64,000 bases of DNA, from contig CM060734.1 of assembly GCA_030704615.1 (NCBI GenBank), positions 3,100,001-3,164,000 of the forward strand. Reading direction: 5' to 3'. Numbering within the stretch: position 1 is the stretch's first letter; the number at the start of each line of letters is the position of its first letter. Source of the stretch: Takakia lepidozioides. Lineage: Eukaryota; Plantae; Bryophyta. Below the pieces are notes generated by a model, which saw nothing but the letters and a program-made list of their open reading frames with translations, made no database searches and was not told the origin of the DNA. Below are positions 50,604 to 63,204 of this stretch, piece by piece. The position numbers and the translations under genes were made by a program.

Positions 50604-52791
50604 CCGCCAATGGTTCCATCGTGACCAGACTTGAATCTAAACTAAGTCCTTGGCAATTAGGCGAGATCACACATCATAGGCCACTGCAGTCATCACTATG
50701 TGCCACTGGCTCTTATTCCAACATGGCCAAATACCAACAATTACTTTATGTACAGATCCTTCAAGTCCCAATGATTCCCGACTCAACTGGAACTATCACC
50801 CAATCCTAGAATTGCACATGGTACTGGGATACACCCAGTCCTCCCAACCGCCACACCATGCATCAGCTTCTGTATCATCTCTCTTCCCTACTCGTAGACA
50901 TCGTTAACCATGGCCGTCCTGTCTGCCACACTCTATACAGCCAACGTCTACGAGTTCTCTTATCTAGGGAAAAAACCAGAAGAAGAGAATCCCTAATCTC
51001 CTCCCTGTACACTTCTCTACCATCTTCATATGTAGCTTTTGGTCTTGATCAACGGGAGCTTGCCACCACCTGCTGTTCCACGTGACATCCCCATCACCTC
51101 CCCTAGACAGCCGTCGACGATTGCTGAACCGTTCAACATCCTGCCAAGCCTGTCGCAGGTTCAATCTCACAGGGACGTTATAGAATCTACAGAGCCTCTC
51201 GTGTTCGCTGCTTCTGTCTGTACTCTGGAGATTTTGTGTTATAGTCTTTGAAAACCGCCACAATGCATTTGATCTTAACCAAGCCACAACGGGGCCACAA
51301 CCATCAACCTCCTCAACATCTTGCAAACTCCAGCGAAATAACCTTGCCCAGGAATTTGCAGCTTTCATGCTGCGCTTAGAAGAACAACCTAAGATACGGA
51401 CACTGTAAGAGGACCTTTTGCAGAACAAACCGACATTGTAACTTAACTCAACAAGGGATATAATCCGGTCCAGAAAATATTGTCACGTACTCATCAGATT
51501 CTGTCAAACTCCAATATCCATGACAGATTCCTTCACATCTTACATGAAGAAAGCGCACCTTGTCAACCGTAGTCCAACCGTGGTGAAGTCCGACCTTCAT
51601 GCACGAGCAATGTTGCATGCATTCATGAAGCGTTGACCTACTCGCCAGATACATCAACATTTTGAAGAGGTTGCTCCTTCGACCAGATTACGTTAGTTTC
51701 TGCTATAAGGCAAAGTCTCGCTGATTAGGACTACGGTTTCCCTACCGTGTACAACACACCAACCAGAGACCAAAGTGTTAATTTCGTGTTATCGCCTAAT
51801 TAACTTGAAGGCTTGGGAGGCGCCATAGCCTGTCTTTGACGCACTGCCAAGGGGATGCGGTATTCAGCTCCACAGCACAGCCCCTTAGGCTGTCACATGC
51901 TCAGGTAAATTGCAACAGCTTTATTAGAGGTTTGAGAACACTCCTAAAACCATAGGAGCCAAAGATGGACTGCCAGTCTAATGAGTCTCTAATCAGGCTC
52001 ATTGCAAGCCATGTACTCAGTTTCACCTTCAAGCTTCCACCATCCAAATCACAAGTAAACCCAGACTATTCTGGCATTCAACCAGTCGAATCCTCATTGG
52101 GTGAAAGAAACCGAACTGCCATGACACAGGATTTCCTGAATTACTCTTAGTGTATGTACTCTGGAGATTTGGATTTGTCTCTGACAGCCACGGGATGCAG
52201 CTCAGAATGGATCTTATAACGTCCCTATGAATTTGCACCTGTGACAGGCTTGGCATGGTGTTGAACGGTTCAGCAATATGCGACGGCTGTCTGGGGAGAT
52301 GATGGAGATGTCACGTGGAACAGCAGGTGGTGGCAAGCTTCGAGTGATCGAGACCAAGGCTACATATGAAGAAAATAGAGAAGGGTACATAGAAGAGATT
52401 AGGGATTTTTCCCTTCTGCTTGCTTTTCCCTAGACAAGAGGACTCGTAGACGTTGGCTGTGTACAGAGGTTGGCAGACAGGACGGTCATTGAGAAGTGTC
52501 TACGAGTAGGGAGAATGGCACAGAAACCGATGCATGGTGTGGCGGTTGGGAGGACTGGATGTAGTCCAGTACCATGTGCAATTCCTAGGATGGTATGATA
52601 GTTCTAGTTGAGTTGGTGATCGCTGGAATTGGAAGGATCTGTATATAAAGTACTTGTTGGTGTTTGGCCATGTTGGAATAAAAGCCAGCGACACACAGTG
52701 ATGACTGTAGCGATCTATGATCTGTGATCTCACCTACTTGCTTGGGACTTAGTCAAAATTCAAGTCTGGTTATGAAGGAATCATTGGCACG
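50604..52791. repeat. Long inverted repeat: arms ~50604-51203 and ~52214-52791, ~1-kb spacer
   Basis: The left arm 'gccaatggttccatcgtgaccagacttgaat...gagatcaca' matches the reverse complement of 52711-52790. Inner ends: 'caagcctgtcgcaggttcaatctcacagggacgttata' versus rc 'caagcctgtcacaggtgcaaattcatagggacgttata'. Confidence 0.88.
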
Positions 52792-54098
52792 GAATTAAGA
52801 GTGAAGATCCAGAGTCACAGGCGATAGAGTGAGAAAGAGAACAATGAACTGAGGAATGTAATAGATCTAGAGACTCGGAGAGGACGGCAGAAGGTAGCAT
52901 AGTGCAAAAGGATGCTAGCTAAGGGGTTCAATGTGCTTGCATTCTGGTCTGTGGTCTGAGTGTGGTTTGTGCTTTCATTTTATGAGACCGCACTCACAGC
53001 TTCACCCTTCTTGCAATGTTCATACGATTGAGTTTAATCCTCGCTTCAGAACACTTCTAGTTTTTGCGGACATGCATGAAATGCAAGCCGCGGAATAGAA
53101 ATCTGTAGCTATGATTGCGAACGGACTGCCAGGATTTTCTCTTGCACACTCGACTACGAAGGCTAGAGGTCTCCGAAATCCACTAGACCTCCGCATGTGA
53201 CGCTGATGCCCCAAGAGTCAATTATTACAAGTTGTAAGTCCTGATTTCTAATTTGCTCCTATGACTTCGGATGCCCAATAGTCCCATGGAAGGCTCAGCT
53301 ACCAAACGTCAATTCTCTGATTTGCAGTATGGACTTGGCATACCTAGAGGGAAAATCCCCTCTGATGCGATCAACATATCAATTGAGGCTGGAGCTCAAA
53401 TCACTTGAGGAAGAAGACTAGGAGTTCATCCATGGCTATTGTACAACAGTTCAAATTTGAAACGACACGTCCGTTGGTGGCTTCAACCGACATCAGATAG
53501 GGTAGTAGTCATGGATGTGATCCCTTTCTTCTCTAGTAGAAATCACACATCCACCCAAACCTGTGTAGAGTGTGGAATTGAGGTCCTTTGATTGCATCCC
53601 TCTTCCAAGAGACTCAACATCGTTTTTAAAACGTATGGATGCTTGATAAAATGACTTGAGTTGATCATGATGATCCCCCTTGAAGGTTACGTACAATCAA
53701 GAGAGTGAAAGATAATCACTTTGATCTGAGCTTTCCGAGAAAATGTCTAAGCATCTTGAAAACGGAACCAATTCTAGAACTGGACAATATTCCTCAAAAC
53801 ACACTTTAGAACCTATAGAACCCATCAAGGTGACCCGACGCTCATTTGGACGCAATCAATCTAGGACAAGAGTCCCCCTAACACTGAAGATATTTTCTTT
53901 AGAAATGGAGGGAATTTGGAGGTCACAAATGCATATGCTCTTGAAGCTGCAACCTCTTGATAAAATTGAACCAGCTTCTACCATGAAACTTCAAATTAGA
54001 ACTCCAAAACAAATTAAAGAAAGATAAGAAACCAAATTTAAGATCCAACTACAAACCCAAAATCCTAAAGAAAGCGAAGTGTCTCCTTGGCGCCAAAA

Positions 54099-54315
54099 AT
54101 GTACCACGAAACGGTGGTGGAGCACTTCAACAACCCTCCGAATGTTGGATCCTTTGATAAGGATGATCCGAACGTGGGGACAGGGTTGGTTGGAGCTCCA
54201 GCTTGCGGGGATGTAATGAAGGTGCAGATCAAGGTGGATGAAGCTACTGGAACGATAGTAGATTCCTGCTTCAAAATCTTTGGGTGCGGATCTGCCATTG
54301 CTTCATCCTCTATTG
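54099..54315 (+). pseudogene. ISU1: Orphan exon of the mitochondrial Fe-S scaffold ISU1/IscU
   Basis: YHETVVEHFNNPPNVGSFDKDDPNVGTGLVGAPACGDVMKVQIKVD...FKIFGCGSAIASSSI followed by a gtaac donor. No transit peptide upstream and no second exon found. Conserved NPRN and FKTF are changed to NPPN and FKIF. Confidence 0.8.
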
Positions 54316-54669
54316 GTAACTACACAAACATCTTACCGACAGGCAAATACCTGTCATGTTCATAGCTTCCCCGTCGCTCATTCACTGCCTAAGACATACA
54401 TGTTTAGTAGTAGTCTGGCCAAGTGAGTTGAAGAGACGCAACACTGATCTAGAGGGGAACGCCGCCTCATTTAGGTGCTCTGCCAAAGGGCGCGGAGTCA
54501 TCAGGCTCATTAGATAGCTCTGAGTCCTCCACTGAGGATGAGGATGAGGATGACTAGTCCTAGTCCATGTAGGTCCCAGGGTCAGCCTACTGAACCCTTG
54601 TGAGTTTTTTAGCTCATTTCCTGTAAATATATTTCCATCTTTCCATCTTTCCATCTTCCATCTTATTCA

Positions 54670-55400
54670 TGTGTCGCACCGTCCTCACCCTCGATTCATG
54701 CTTGCTCAATTAAAAACCACCCCCAATTCACCCCCAAAATCAACCCCCAACCCCCCCACCAGGCTGCCCTTGCGATTGCAAGACGTCGCCAATGGCGACG
54801 TGTTTTTTGGGCGGGGGTTGCACGCCGCGATGGTCGGGCGTCGCCAATCCCATTTGCGGGCGGCAACCCCCGACACCCCCTGCGACGTGTTTTTTTGGTC
54901 CGGGGGTCGCAAGCCGCGACGCCTTGGCGTCGCGTAGCCCGCCACCCTGCCTGCGCCACGTCTTTTTTTTTTGGATTAAATATAAAAGAAAGCGACGCCA
55001 AAGCGTCGCCAAATCCCACGTTTGGGCGTGGCGGAGCCCGACTCCTGCTCTTGCTGTTTTTTTTGCCACGCCCAATAGTCGCTTGGCGTACCACCCGGCT
55101 TATGCCACGTGTTTTTGGGTTTTATGATGGGACTCCCGGGCAGGTTAGAAAAAAAAAATGATGTGACGCCACGCCGGCGCCCCCATCAACGCCGTCGGCT
55201 GGAGGCCCGCGACGGCGAGACGTCGCTCGACGGAGGCCCCTGCCATCAGCGCGGACGGCCTGAAAAGCGACGTCCGGCAATCGCGGGAGTTGGGGCGGGG
55301 GCTCGCGACCCCCATACGTCGTATTTTTGCGACGTCATTTTGGGGACGCCCATGCGACTGCCGGGCGTCTGTCACGCGGCTTTTACTCACCCATCCCTTC
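54670..55400. repeat. CpG-rich array of GCGACG/CGTCGC/GCCACG motifs in both orientations, punctuated by T/A tracts
   Basis: Examples: gcgacgtgtttttt at ~54796 and ~54883, gccacgtctttttt ~54955, gccacgtgtttt ~55104. Resembles subterminal repeats of a DNA transposon; identity not established. Confidence 0.55.
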
Positions 55401-55534
55401 GCTATTCGAGGCGGAAACTCCAAGATAGAAGAGTTGGAAATCTCTAAGTACTCAGCCCGCGCAGAACAATCAGTCATGACCTACAGCTAGTGTATCATGG
55501 GGGTGTTTCCTATTTGTTTCCCTTTTGGTATTCA

Positions 55535-56353
55535 TGTTAGCTATCTTACCATTGATAATTAAGTATCAGTTTGCTTTATCAATCTATTGGATTCCATCAA
55601 CTCATCCATTCATTTCACAGCTTCACTCAGATCTCTCTACACAGTGTGATTGTATCGTAAAAGTATCCGATTATGATTTATCAGGTATCAAGCCGAAGCC
55701 ATTGTGTCTCTAATCTGCTCTACAATATCATTACAGCCTTGCATATATCAAGCATCTACTCATCATCTCTCTATCTTCACTTCCGTTCTTCATCTCTGCC
55801 CGATCCCCTCTCCTCCATGACCAAGAAGTCCTCCTCCGAATGATATCCCTCAATTCCCCGTTTTTCCCTTTATCTTCCTATCCGTGGTTCTAACCGTTTC
55901 CCTCACTAACCGTCGTCTGTGAACTAACATGTTCCCTTCGCAGGTGTTGTTCTCCACAGTCGTTCCCTGTCCTACTCTTCGTTCCCTATGATCGTGACAG
56001 CTGTGTCAAGCTGTGACTGGCTGTGTGAAACTGTGACGGGCTGTGACTGGCTGTGCGACTGTGTTTGGCTGTGTCGGGCTGTGACTGGCTGTGTGGCTGT
56101 GCCGGGCTGTGTCGGCTGTGACGGCTGTGTCGGCTGTGACGACTGTGTCTGCTGTGACGACTGTGACGGGCTGTGTTGGCTGTGTCGGCTGTGACGACTG
56201 TGACGACTGTGACGACTGTGACGGGCTGTGTAACCCCCCTGTACAGTGCGCTGCTGTCACTCCTAAGGCTCCTGTTGGTCTCAGTCTGTGCAAAAATTAA
56301 GGGTACCCTACAGATCCCGTATAAGTGTCTAAGTCCCCGACAGTCCTCTAACA
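55535..56353 (-). repeat. Probable 3' LTR of Gypsy element 2 (~819 bp) containing a GGCTGTG(AC) tandem repeat
   Basis: Terminal inverted TGTTAG...CTAACA next to the PPT. The left boundary is inferred because the 5' LTR is absent. 9-10-bp repeats span 55995-56230. Confidence 0.65.
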
Positions 56354-56502
56354 TTACCCCTTCCCCCCTCAAAAAGCCGTGTCCTCACGGTTTACTGATT
56401 TCGACTAGCAAACCTTTGTGAGTGAGCACCTTTTTGACGTTGAGAGTTTCGTGGCAGACTGTGTGTACGAGCCCGAGGTCTGTCTCTGGTTGACGGAGAT
56501 GG

Positions 56503-59500
56503 TTAATCACTACCTGAATAAGTGAGGCCCTCTGGAGGCTGATATCGAGGTAACCTTTCCGGCATAGGAGACCCCCGTCGCTTCTTCTCTGCCATCTGAA
56601 CTGCATAGTCTTCTCCCATGTCAAAAGAATTCGGTGAAGAAACAGTTGTATCAGAATCCTCATCGCCTCTCAGGTGTTTTAATTTTCGAATTTTTTGTGG
56701 AATCATCTGGGGCATACAATGCTGTCCTACCATGTCTGGAAGTTTGTATTTTACAACTTGGTGTAACCGCTGAACAGCAAAATTGGTGTAGACACTGAGC
56801 TCCTTGTCTGTCCAGGTGAGTGGGGTACCAATTACTGGTGCAGCGTGCAAGTATTTCCATGCCACATGTCCCTTATAGAAAATGTCATCAATGCCGAATT
56901 TCTGTGTTGACAAATGGTTCCAGGCCGCTTGAAACCATGAACGAATTTGAGAATCCTTTTGCATCATAACTTTTGGGTCGTATAGGTACATATGAGGTGG
57001 CACCGAAGGTAATACCCAATGATCTCCACTGGAATAACTCAGAAAGCGTGTTTGCATCTTTTGTTGCTCAATGTGGTAACGTACCAGAAAACAAGCAGCG
57101 TAGTATAACCCGCATCCCATGACAATACTTGCTACCTCCTTGGTCTTGGTATAAATGAGTCCATGTACAACCTGGAAAGCAATCAATTCCCTCAACATGG
57201 TACCTGCCTCGTGCCAGTATTGTGCAAAGTGATGATCTTCAATATGTCGATTGTTCGGAAGAACTTTAGTCCTAGTTGCCACTGGCAGCCAAATACGCAT
57301 GATTTGGTAGTAATGTGCGAATGACTGCGGAGGACTAAATTCTTTCCAAGCCAAATCCAACATGATGGGAATTTGGTTGAAGGGCATAATCATAGCCCTA
57401 CTGTACTCCCTTGCAGCTGGAGTTTTATGTGGGTTAAAAGCGGCATTGCCCCATACCTCCGGCTGTGGTGGCTGTGGTGTGGTTGTAGTAACCACAGGTT
57501 CAGCTACTGGTACAGTGACTTGTTGTGGTGGTGGTGGTACTGGCTCTTGTATCATTGGCATCTCCTGCACCTCCTGTGAAGACTGAAAAGCCAAAGTTCT
57601 GGCTTGTAAATAAGAAGCCATTAGCTGTTCCTGAGGGATATAGACTCTTTTGTCGATGTTTGAAGTGAGGTCTTCCACTTGAGTCTGCAATCCGTCTACA
57701 TCCTCTTGTAACTCTGCTATCCTACTATAGACATTATCTATAGTAGTTGTGGCAATGTTCTGGACCTGCAGCCTGAGCTCATTCATCTCGCTTTGGGTGA
57801 GCTTTCGTGGTGCTTTGCCCTCTACTGGCCCTTGTGCTAACCAGACCTGCATAAGGCTGTTATCCACCAAGTTGCTTGTGGTTCCCCTGAGAGTTTGCTC
57901 CTCTCTTAGCTTGTACAATTCCAACTGCTGTTGTAAAGCCTCCATGCGCTTCGCCTGAGGTTCAACCAATTGCGCATAAGCAGCAAGTAGATTATTGGCT
58001 TCTTCCAAGCCTTGTTATTGACCGCGATTTCATTTCTATTGGCCATGATGGTTTGTTGCAACTCCACGATGTGCTTCTCTTGATCAGCTTCAATCTGCCT
58101 GTATTGCTTGAAAGTATCTTCATTGCGACAGATTGTATTCTTCATATCGACAATGAGCTTCATTTGCTCAACATTCTCTTCTTCTGCCTTCGTACATTTT
58201 TCCGCTTGACTGTTTATTTCTTTTGTAGATTGGTCAAGCATAGTTGTGAATGTAGCACATTGTATCGCCATCATGTCATGCACTGTCTGCAACTCCGTAT
58301 GTAGTGCATTCACTTCTTGCAACTTGCTTTCATGCTGCACCTGCATTTGGTATAGCTGTTGCTTATGTGCTTCGTGCAACTGGTCTTGCGCGAGGCCTGC
58401 CTCAATCAATTGTTCCTTGGCCAATTGCAAAGCCACTTCTGTATTTCCCAAGTCCTGCTGCATCTTGAGAGTGACCTCTTCATCGACCTTGTTTGCACAC
58501 TCAGTGGCTAGTCGAGCCTCAAACTCCTTCCTGAGTTCCTCTCTCAAGGCTGTCAATTGGGTAATTGGAACATGGGATTTGACATAAGTCCCCAACAAAT
58601 TAAGTGTCCTGCCTATGGAACTCATCAGCATTGCCTGTTGAGGGTCATCATGGTGAGGTTGCTGCTGTTCCTCCTGATCTTCAACAGTGTGATGTCTCAC
58701 GAACCATTCAGGCCATTGTCCCACCGGATTTTCTTCCTGAACTACTTCATCTATCACCGGTGCTACAGTGTCATGACCTTCCGCCTGTGGTACCTCCGAC
58801 ACAGGTGTGTGTATTATATGCACCTCAGGATTTCCCTTGGGCAACTGTTGCACCTCTGGGATCTCTGTCTCCTTGACCAGACCAGAATATTCATAGAGAA
58901 GGTCCCCCTTCTCCATTTCTGCCACTATCTGTTCTGTAGTTGGAATATCTAACCCTTCTCTTTCCAAATCAATTATTTCTGGTTGAGCTGCATGGATAAC
59001 TTGTGACCTTGTGACAAGTCGATCAGCTGGCTGTGATGGTTGTGATACAGAAGTAACTTCCTCCTCCCTCTCTGAAGGTCCTGCTTCCAGTAATAGCATT
59101 TCTCTGTGCTGCTGTGCCCCTTCCTGGCCATGAGCTTGGAAAACATTATCATGCGGAATCCGTGAAGCCAGTGGATCCGCCACTACAGTCTTTCCCCGTC
59201 TCTGCCTCTTAGTCTCGGGTTGCCCTGTAGTCCACCCTCACTGTGTGAAGAGCCTTGCTCTTCCATTGCAGTTGTTTCTGGCTCAAACACTCCCATTTCC
59301 TTTCTTTCTTGCGCATCAAGTATGCCAGAATCAAGGATTATTTGAGCAATGATTGGGCCAGACACTATGATAGGAGACTTTGCGGTAGTACCTTGTAATC
59401 TTTTCATCTCCTCTACCAGTGCGTTGTACATTATGTCCGCCCATTGTACCTCTTGTCCCTTCAGGCCTTTGAGTATTTCCTCCGTGAAGGATCTGCTCAA

Positions 59501-60571
59501 ATACTGTTGGTTCTGTTTCATGGCAATCAGAACGTTCAATACCTGGCCTACCTCTTTTAGCCCTGGGTACACAGCCTTGGTACAAGCATAACCCTGAGTT
59601 TTAAAGAAACTCCCTTCTTGGAATAAGTCCCCTATTTGCAGTCTTGCCCTGTGTTCCTCCACATGCACCTGACCTGCTGGCAATCGAAACAATTGCTGGA
59701 GGTATAGGGGAGTAATCATCAATTCAACTCCCTTCACCGTTGTTGTTCCTGCCCTTGGCTCAAAGTTCTGCAAAAATTGTAACATGTACTGTCTATGGTG
59801 TAATGTCCAATCTAGGCTTTGCAATCCTTGCAATCTCAGCTCCTCCAGTATCTGTATCGCCTGTGGGGTAGCAATCGTTTGTTTCTGCAGAATTGTGGTG
59901 CTCTTCACCCTGATTTCCTCCATTCCTCTCACTCTCTTCATTTTAGACTCACAGAACTGTTTTGGCTGTAACAACTGCAGGAATGCCTGTAGTGCACAAA
60001 GCATAAACGTATGGTTGCCGCAGAAAGCTATGGGTAATTTCTTGTAAGCCTGCGGGGCTTGCAAGCATCGCTCAAGAGAAAAGCTCCGCTCTGTCCTTTC
60101 GTGTCTATGCCACTGCGTAAGTAATATTGCGAGCGTATAGTCTGTTAGTTCCTCCATAGTTTCCAAGCTATAGCATTGATGGTCTGTCCCGTCGAGACGC
60201 CCGTTACTCAGAACGACGCCGCCTCTTGCGCTCAATTTCCCTCCATTTTCTTGATCCTTTCTCTGGTTTTCTATTGGCTGTATCCGCTGTGACTGGATTT
60301 TAGATTTTATTTTCTTTAGTGGACTTTCCCTGTTGGATAGTCCACTAGGATCACACATGTGACAAGAATTCCGCTTTTCTGTACTTGCCGTTCGTTCCGT
60401 TTCCCTTTTTCCGTATTCATTAATGGGCCCGCCTTTCATCCCTTGTGACGGCCGTTCTTGTCCTCTTTCTTTTGACACCTGTTCTTGCACTTCCTTCTCG
60501 GCTGTGTGTCGCGCCCTGACCTCCACGTGTCTATTTTTAAAGTAATTTCCGTTTTCTCTTCCGTCAGCCAT
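56503..60571 (-). pseudogene. Large sense-strand extra ORF after pol in Gypsy element 2 (~1200-1350 aa, two frameshifts), with an Athila-ORF1/plant-transposon-like segment and coiled coil
   Basis: Three abutting or overlapping ORFs (462, 425, 501 aa). An alternate frame gives ...ETKRQRRGKTVVADP joining the first two. LQFLQNFEP...TVKGVELMITPLYLQQLFRLP resembles Athila-type accessory domains. Long E/Q/L heptad region at 57700-58550. Confidence 0.65.
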
Positions 60572-60629
60572 TTTCCTGAAGTTATTATGCGTCCACTTGT
60601 CACTGATTCTATGGATCGTGTAACTTTAG

Positions 60630-60900
60630 TAGGCTGTGTTGAGCTGTGACAGGCTGTGTCATACTGTGTTACGCTGTGATAGGCTGTGATGCACTGTGGT
60701 AAGCTGTGATAGGCTGTGACACGCCGTGGTAGGTTGTGATAGGCTGTGTTGCGCCGTGCTGGGCTGTGATATGTTGTGCTTTGCCTTGATGGGCTGTGAT
60801 AGGCTGTGTTTTGCCTTGATGGGCTGTGATAGGCTGTGTCACGTCGTGATGGGCTGTGATAGGCTGTGCTTTGCCTTGATGGGCTGTGATAGGCTGTGTC
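60630..60900. repeat. 30-bp minisatellite downstream of the integrase core, in frame with it (TAYHSPSRQS repeats)
   Basis: 'gggctgtgataggctgtgttttgccttgat' in ~8 degenerate copies. Confidence 0.9.
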
Positions 60901-63204
60901 ACGTTTGTTTTGCCCGCCCTGGTCATATATGCTGGGCCTAGCGACAAGTGCTCCATACTCCGTTCGTAACACTGGTGCAGCCCGTGACTGCTCTTGCGGT
61001 TCAACATGCAAATCATGCTGCAAGGGTTTGTCATGGATACCACTGTACCCCTTCAACTTATTGGCATTGACTCTTCCCAGCATTTCTTTGTTAATGGTTT
61101 GTAACATGGCGGTGTTGTTATCATACATCTTTTGTATGACATAAGGTCCTTTCCATGGTGATTTAAGCTTAGAAGCTTGAATCTTTCCTTTCTTCTGCAA
61201 CCATAGAACCAAATCCCCCGTCTTAAAAGTCTTTAACTTGCCTTCATCAAACTGTTCCTTTCGCTTCATCTGAATTCTGGTCATATTATCAGCTGCATCA
61301 GCACGTACTTCTTCCACATGGTATAATTCATGTTTCCTGACCTTGATGGAGTCTTGCAATTCCATTCTCTTTCCCCACTCCGTTCTCATGGTAGGTAACA
61401 GGAATTCCACTGGAAGTAAGGCTTCCATACCATAAACTAATTGGAATGGTGTATACTTAGTGGTGACTTTATATGAAGTCCTGTATGACCACAAAGCTGT
61501 CAGCAGCTTTGTATCCCAATCCGTTCTGTTTGCATTGACTATCTTAGCCAAGATAGTACATAGTATTTTGTTGGTAGCCTCTGCCTGCCCATTACCCTGT
61601 GGGTAATATGTTGTACTCTTTCTATGCACAATCATAAACTCTTTAGTCAACAACTCAATGGTCTCATTCATGAAGTGACTTCCCTGATCACTGATAAATT
61701 CTAAGGGACAGCCAAATCGTGTAAGTATGTTCTCGTACAGGAACCTTGCTGTGGACTTGGCTGTGTTGTCCCTCAAAGCTTTAGCTTCCACCCACTTTGT
61801 AGTATAATCAGTGGCTGTAATTATGTACCTGTTTCGTGTATTCTTGGATGGTGGGTTAATTGGTCCAACAAAGTCTAGTCCCCATTTCTGAAATGGTTCC
61901 GTAGGCATTGTAGGATGCAAGGCCATCCTTCCAGATCTCTGCAAAGGTCCTAGCCTCTGACATTCATCACACTTCTGACAATACTCGTGTACATCTTTGA
62001 ACAAAGTAGGCCACCAGTATCCTGCGAGTAGTATCTTTCTACTGGTAGTCTCTTCTCCAAAATGACCTCCAGCCACTCCTTTATGAACTTCCGCCAAAAC
62101 TTTATTTACTTCATGGTGGTACAAGCATCGTTTTAGTACTCCATCAGGTCCTAACTTATACATTCTGCTTCCTACCATAGTATAAGGTAAAGCTTTGATA
62201 GCGATTCTCTTCCTCTGCTCCTTACCATAACTAGGTGGGCACTAACCATGAGCAAGGTAGTATCTGATTGGCCACTGCCAATCTAACCAGTCATCTGCAC
62301 TTCCCTGCACCTCCACTGCAAAGAGACTCGCATCTGGTAATTGATCATCTATTCCTGTGGCTGGTTCTCCTGTTGACAATCGTGACAAATGATCCGCCAC
62401 AAGATGCAGTCTCCCAGGCTTGTAAACAACCTCGAACTCAAACTCGTGCAAGATTATCAACCATCTTGTTATTCTTCCGCTTATCAGAGGTTTGTTTACC
62501 AGGTATATCAGAGCCTGGTGATCCACATAGAACATAAACTTCTTACCCAACAGGTAATGCCTGAATTTCTTCACTGCATGATCATTGCCAATGCTTCTCT
62601 TTCCGTTGTGCTATAGTTCCTCTCAGCACTGTTCATCAACCGGCTAGCATAGTACACAGGTGAATCTATATTCCCTGTAACATTCTGGGCTAACACCGCT
62701 CCCAACGCTTCTCCTGATGCATCGCAGTGAACATGGAATACTACATGCCAGTGAGGGTTAATCAGCACAGGTGTAGTTGTTACTGACAGTGTAAGTTCCT
62801 CAAATGCCTGTTGACATTCAGCTGTCCAGGCAAACACTGCATCTTTCTTCAGTAGTTTGCTCAATGGTGCTGCTATTTGTGCATACCTTTTGACAAATCT
62901 CCTGTAATAACTGGTTTGCCCAAGGAATCTCCGTAGACTTTTAACATTCACTGGTGGTGGAGAGGCTTTAATGGACTCTGTCTTTCTGGGATCCATAAGG
63001 AGTCCCTTCTTACACACAATGTGTCCCAGAAGCACCCCTGAGTTCACACAGAAAGTACACTTCTCTGGATTCAGGCCCAGACCTCTCATCCTGCATCTGG
63101 CCAAACATAACTCCAATTTATGCAAGTGCTCACTCTTAGAGCTGTACACACTGAAATCATCCAGATACTCATGAAAAGATTCACTTATCACTCTCTGAAA
63201 GGTC

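Noticed and set aside
53493-53696. Possible MuDR transposase N-terminal fragment
   Set aside because: The resemblance is vague, no DDE or SWIM motif was seen, and it lies outside the inverted repeat.
54087-54365. Bacterial nifU/iscU horizontal transfer
   Set aside because: The sequence matches plant ISU1 (GTGLVGAPACGDVMK) and ends at a spliceosomal donor; no bacterial operon context.
55986-56421. Ser/His/Cys/Thr-repeat ORFs on both strands
   Set aside because: Translations of the LTR tandem repeat, open in several frames only because the unit lacks stops.
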